Part shown: positions 59,686-64,000 of the stretch, piece after piece
How positions within the stretch are numbered: the stretch's first letter is position 1
Layout: each line of letters begins with the position of its first letter
Assembly: GCF_018977255.1 (NCBI RefSeq)
Contig: NW_024704742.1
Coordinates: forward strand, 68,016,001-68,080,000
DNA length: 64,000 bases
Origin: Callorhinchus milii
Taxonomy: Eukaryota
Direction of reading: 5' to 3'
Notes under the pieces: generated by a model
Seen by the model: the letters and a program-made list of their open reading frames with translations, nothing else
The model's database searches: none
Told to the model about the DNA's origin: nothing
Made by a program: the position numbers and the translations under genes

Positions 59686-61117
59686 GAAGTATTTTATGGT
59701 TCTCAAACTGGGTAACCGGCCCTTACTGTAAGTTCCATCTCTGCCTTTTGATTCGGATAAACCGCTCTGCTATTTCTAATTCCATACCGCTCTATCTACC
59801 ATTTTATTTTTTCCTATTTTTCCCTTTGATCTCTTTCTTCTTCAAAGTAAGGTGGAATCTTCTTCCTGGTTAAGCCTATATTATCCTCCTCGCCCAAATC
59901 CTCACCAATCAAATTAACTATTCATCTCAGTGTTTTTATGTGACATTGCTCTAACAGATTGGTAATTGCGTTTGCTTTTGCCTTCTTAACATTTATTTTG
60001 TTGAGATCATCTTTGCCCCCACTTTGATTGTACTTTCTGTCTTTGGTTCACTTTCAAAGCCCTCCACAGCCTTGCTCCCCCCTACCTCTGCAACCTCCTA
60101 ACCCCCTACCAACCTGACTACTCCCTCCGCTCAGCGGGCTCCGGCCTGCTTCATTTCCCCTGCCTCGCCCCTTCCTTTGCCTCCTTCAAGACCCTCCTCT
60201 TTGAACCTCGGTCTTCGGTCATCCTCCTTCCCCCCTGCCTTCCACCCTCCCCAATCCCGACCCACAGCTCAGGTCCATTGTCCAGCGCCTTGGGACGTCC
60301 TCCCAACGTGAAAGGCACTATACAAATATAATTTTGTTGTTGGTGATTCATCTGAACTGATATTTCTATTTCAAAGCAAAGACTTCCTTCTGGTTAAGCT
60401 TATATTGCCCTCCTCATCCAAAATTCCAATTAACTAATCAAATTAACTAACTACTCATTTCAATGGTAGATTACTTAGAAAATAAGATTTTATTTTTAAC
60501 CATATGAGCATGTACAGTATTTATTCGGCTAAATCATAAAACAGGTAGTAGTTTTACTTATGTTTTATGTAAAAGTAATCCAATGAGAAATACTGAAAAG
60601 CAAGCTTTGATATGGCTTTATATTTATCCCAATATGTAGGAACATTTTAAACATACAGTATACCTTGATAACTTCTCACTCCAAGGGAAAAGGCTCAGCG
60701 ACCAATTATCTGGAGTGGCCATTTTGGCATAGGTCCTCCTGGGCCACAAGGGGACACTATGACCTGTGCAGGTGTCCGACGGAGGTTGGTGGCGCATTAT
60801 CAGATGCATCACAGAACCTTCTGGTCTATTGGAGAGTCATAGTATAGAGTGGAAGGCAGGGTGGGAGGCCAAGGCATGGCACTCCACCAGAACAGAGATC
60901 TCTGCAATGCAACTAGGCCTGTACACCCAACCTCCACTGAGTGCCTGTACCAGTCACAGGATAGGGTGGGAGGCTTCTGCGCTACGAGACGCCATCTTAT
61001 AGTGCAGTTATCCAATCAATTTTATATTGTAAATACCTACAAGAGTTTCTAGAATGCAATTAGTTAATACCCAAATAGTCAATTAACTTTACAGTATATT
61101 CTGTGAAGTGCTTTGAG

Positions 61118-62545
61118 ACAACAACTTGCATTTATATAGCTCCCTTCATTTGGGGTAGCGTCCTGGAGCACTTGACGGTGGTGGATTGTGCCCCCGAGCC
61201 AGGGGGGATGTGACCATAAGCACAATGAAAAAGATCTTTAGGTGGCATTTGTAAAGTGGGGAGGGAGAAGGCAAGGTTGAGGGATTGAGGAGTGGCATTC
61301 CAGAGCTTCGGGACATAATGGCTGAAAGCATGGCCGCCGATAGTGGAGTGGAGGGGACGTGGGAAAAACAGGAGGTTGGAGCAGGTCGAACGGAGGCAGC
61401 AGGTTGTGGAGTGGGGGGTAAAGCAAATCAGATGGGTAGGGAGGTGCGAGAGCATGAAGGGATTTGAAAACGAGTAAGAGGATCTTGAAGCCGTTCGAGT
61501 GTGGCAAGGACTGGTGTGATGGGGTTCTGGAGTTTTATACGGGTGAGTATCTGGGTGGCAGAATTCTGAATTAATTGAATTTTGTGTATGGTGGAACTGG
61601 GAAGACCAATGAGAAGGGCATTTGAAAAGTCTAGCTGGGATGGGACCAAGGCATGGATGAGGGTTTCGGCTGCTGTGGGTGTGAGGTACAGATAGAGGTG
61701 GGCAATGTGGCGGAGGTGGAACAAAGCGGTCCTGGTCAGGGGACGGATGTGGGAGAGAAAGGAAAGCTATGGTTCGAACCTGATGCCTAAATTGCACATG
61801 GGTTCGGTGAATCTGAGGGAGAACCCGGGGAGGTTGAGGAATTCAGACCCGCAGAAAGAAGACGTTGAAGGAAGCCAAGGACTATGTCTTCCATTTTGCC
61901 AACATTCAGCTGCAGGAAATTGGTGCTCATTCAGGTCTTGATGTCCGTCAGACAAGCTGGTACCTTGCAGGTGACCGGGCGGGGGTGGAATGAGAAACCG
62001 TTTGCTGAGATATATTGTTGCCTGTGAGTCAAGTAGGACTCGAACCATGCGAGTACGGTCCCACTAAAGTGGATGAGGGGTGGAGAGGTGGTGGAGGATG
62101 GCGTAATCGACTATGTCGAATGCAGCAGATATTTCCAGGAGGACGAGGAGGCAGAGGGAGCCCTGAGAGAGGATGTCATTTGTTACTTTGACGTGTGCTG
62201 TCTCTGTGCTGCGGGCAGGGCGAAAACAGACTGGAGGGGTTCAAGTAGGGAGTGGAGGGAGAGGTGTGAGCGATATTGTTTTGCAACCACGCGTTCGAAA
62301 ACAGGAAGGGCAGGTATAAAATGGGTCTGAAATTCGTGAGGTGGGAGGGATCAAGGGGTAGGTTTTTTGAGAGGAGTGATGACGGCGGTTTTGAGGGTAG
62401 TGGGACAAAGCCTGAGGAGAGGAATTGGTTGATTGTATCAGCAAGTAATGGGCAGAGAAGGGGGAGTTGGGTGACTGGAAGCTGGGTGGGGAGGGGGTCG
62501 AGGTAGCAGGTGGTGGGCTTCACCTTGGTGATGGTGGGGGATGTG
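61118..62545 (-). mobile_element. Degraded L2 LINE fragment
   Basis: PTTCYLDPLPT, LDPSHLTNFRPI, HALVPSQLDFSNALL motifs, plus tail. Confidence 0.85.
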
Positions 62546-62789
62546 ATAAGGCGGTTTATCAAATACAAGGATTATTATTATTAGTGGTAGTTACATGTTA
62601 AGTGGAGTGACAAATAAAGCGGAGTCCCTTTTCACATTTTGCATGGGAAGCGGCTGGGATATTTAACAGCAGGGTCTTATTATTATCACAAATTTACTGT
62701 ATTACAAAATGAAGAAATCCTCAGCATGTCTGTTTATAACATTTTCAAAGACACAAGTACTATGCCAAATCCCTGCTTGTCGGCCTTCC

Positions 62790-63475
62790 CTAGGTGTCTT
62801 GTTCAACCCTCAACTGTCTTTTCTTCTCCACATCCAAGCCATAACCCGCTCTGCCTTTCCTCACCTCCGTAACATTGCCCGACTCTGCCACTACCTCACC
62901 CCTCAGGCCACTGAAACTCTTGTTCATGCTTTCATCACCTCCAGGCTCGACTCTGCAAACGCCCTGCTTGTCAGCCTTCCCAACTCCTCCCTCCAGATAA
63001 GCCAGAACTCTGCAGCCCGTGGCCTCTCCCGCACCAAACTCCATGACCCCATCTCCCCCACTCTCGCCTGACTCCATTGGCTCCCTATCCTTCAGAGGAT
63101 CTAGTTCAAGATCCTGGTCCCCACCTACAAAGCCCTCCATGACCTCGGCCCCATCCTACCTCTGCGACCTCCTAACCCACTACCAACCTGTCCACTCCCT
63201 CTGCTCAGCTGGCTCTGGCCTGCTCCATGTCCCCCGACCCACCCGCCCCACCATTGGCGGGAGAGCCTTCAGCCACTCTGCCCCCAAACTCTGGAATTCC
63301 ATCCCCCAGTCACTCCGCCTCACCCCCTCCTTAGCCTCCTTCAAGTCCCACCTCAAGACCCTCCTCTTCGACCATGCCATCGGCCACCCCCCTTCCACTC
63401 CCCTTTTCCCTCCTGACCCCAGCTCGGGTCTTAAATGCTGTACACTGTCCAGCGCCTTGGGACGTCCTCCCGACC
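62790..63475 (+). mobile_element. L2 LINE 3' fragment (same subfamily as 36570-37495)
   Basis: GVLFNPQLSFL, HAFITSRLDSANALL, GGRAFSHSAPKLWN, FKSHLKTLLF. Confidence 0.9.
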
Positions 63476-64000
63476 AGAAACCTAACATAACCTGTCCGTT
63501 CCCTCCGCTCAGCAGGTTCCGGCTCGTCCCACCATGGGTGGTCAAGACTTGATCTCCTCTGTCCCCCACCCTCTGGAACTTAATCCCACCCTTCTACCCT
63601 CTCTGTCCTCCACCTTCCCTGATCCTAATCCCCCACAGCTCAGGTCCTAATCCCTAACTGTTTATAGAGTCTTGGGATTCAAATAAACTGAGTCCCAAGT
63701 CGATATCCCCAGCCACTGTGAAGGCCAGCAAGGATGCTGAGGCTGATGCTGAAGCTGCTCAGCGCAAGTTTGGCACCTGCTAGGAATTGAGAGTCTACAC
63801 GTGGGCCCGCGGATTTATTTTGTAATTTTTAGGTTTCAGGCCTGGTCCGGTTTGAATTCCAGATACCTGTATTCCACCCAAAGATTAGCATTATCTTTGG
63901 CTGGTGGTGACTTATAGCTTAAGACAGGGGTTTATTCTATAAGACACCACCATCCAAAAATAATAATCCTGCTAATATTGTTGGAGTGTAAGTGCTTCTC

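Overview
Repeat-rich vertebrate genomic DNA. The tRNA-SINE, DeuSINE, L2 and CR1 content points to a cartilaginous fish, possibly a chimaera/elephant-shark type; this is inference. Two spliced genes lie on the minus strand, and I rebuilt both exon by exon from GT-AG boundaries with consistent phases. (1) A six-exon CD8 beta-type T-cell co-receptor (2549-10911, about 210 aa): leader, Ig V domain, Ser/Thr/Pro stalk, transmembrane segment, and a tail with an RRRR-CRH (CxH) motif. (2) A six-coding-exon KRCC1 gene (35163-42235, about 541 aa) that, unlike mammalian KRCC1, keeps four ZMAT4/ZMAT1-type matrin zinc fingers. Between them is an intronless, decayed WEE2-like kinase retrocopy joined directly to a 5'-truncated SINE. 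The rest is SINE/LINE fragments, several MITEs and several short local inverted or direct duplications. Most other ORFs in the track are translated repeats.
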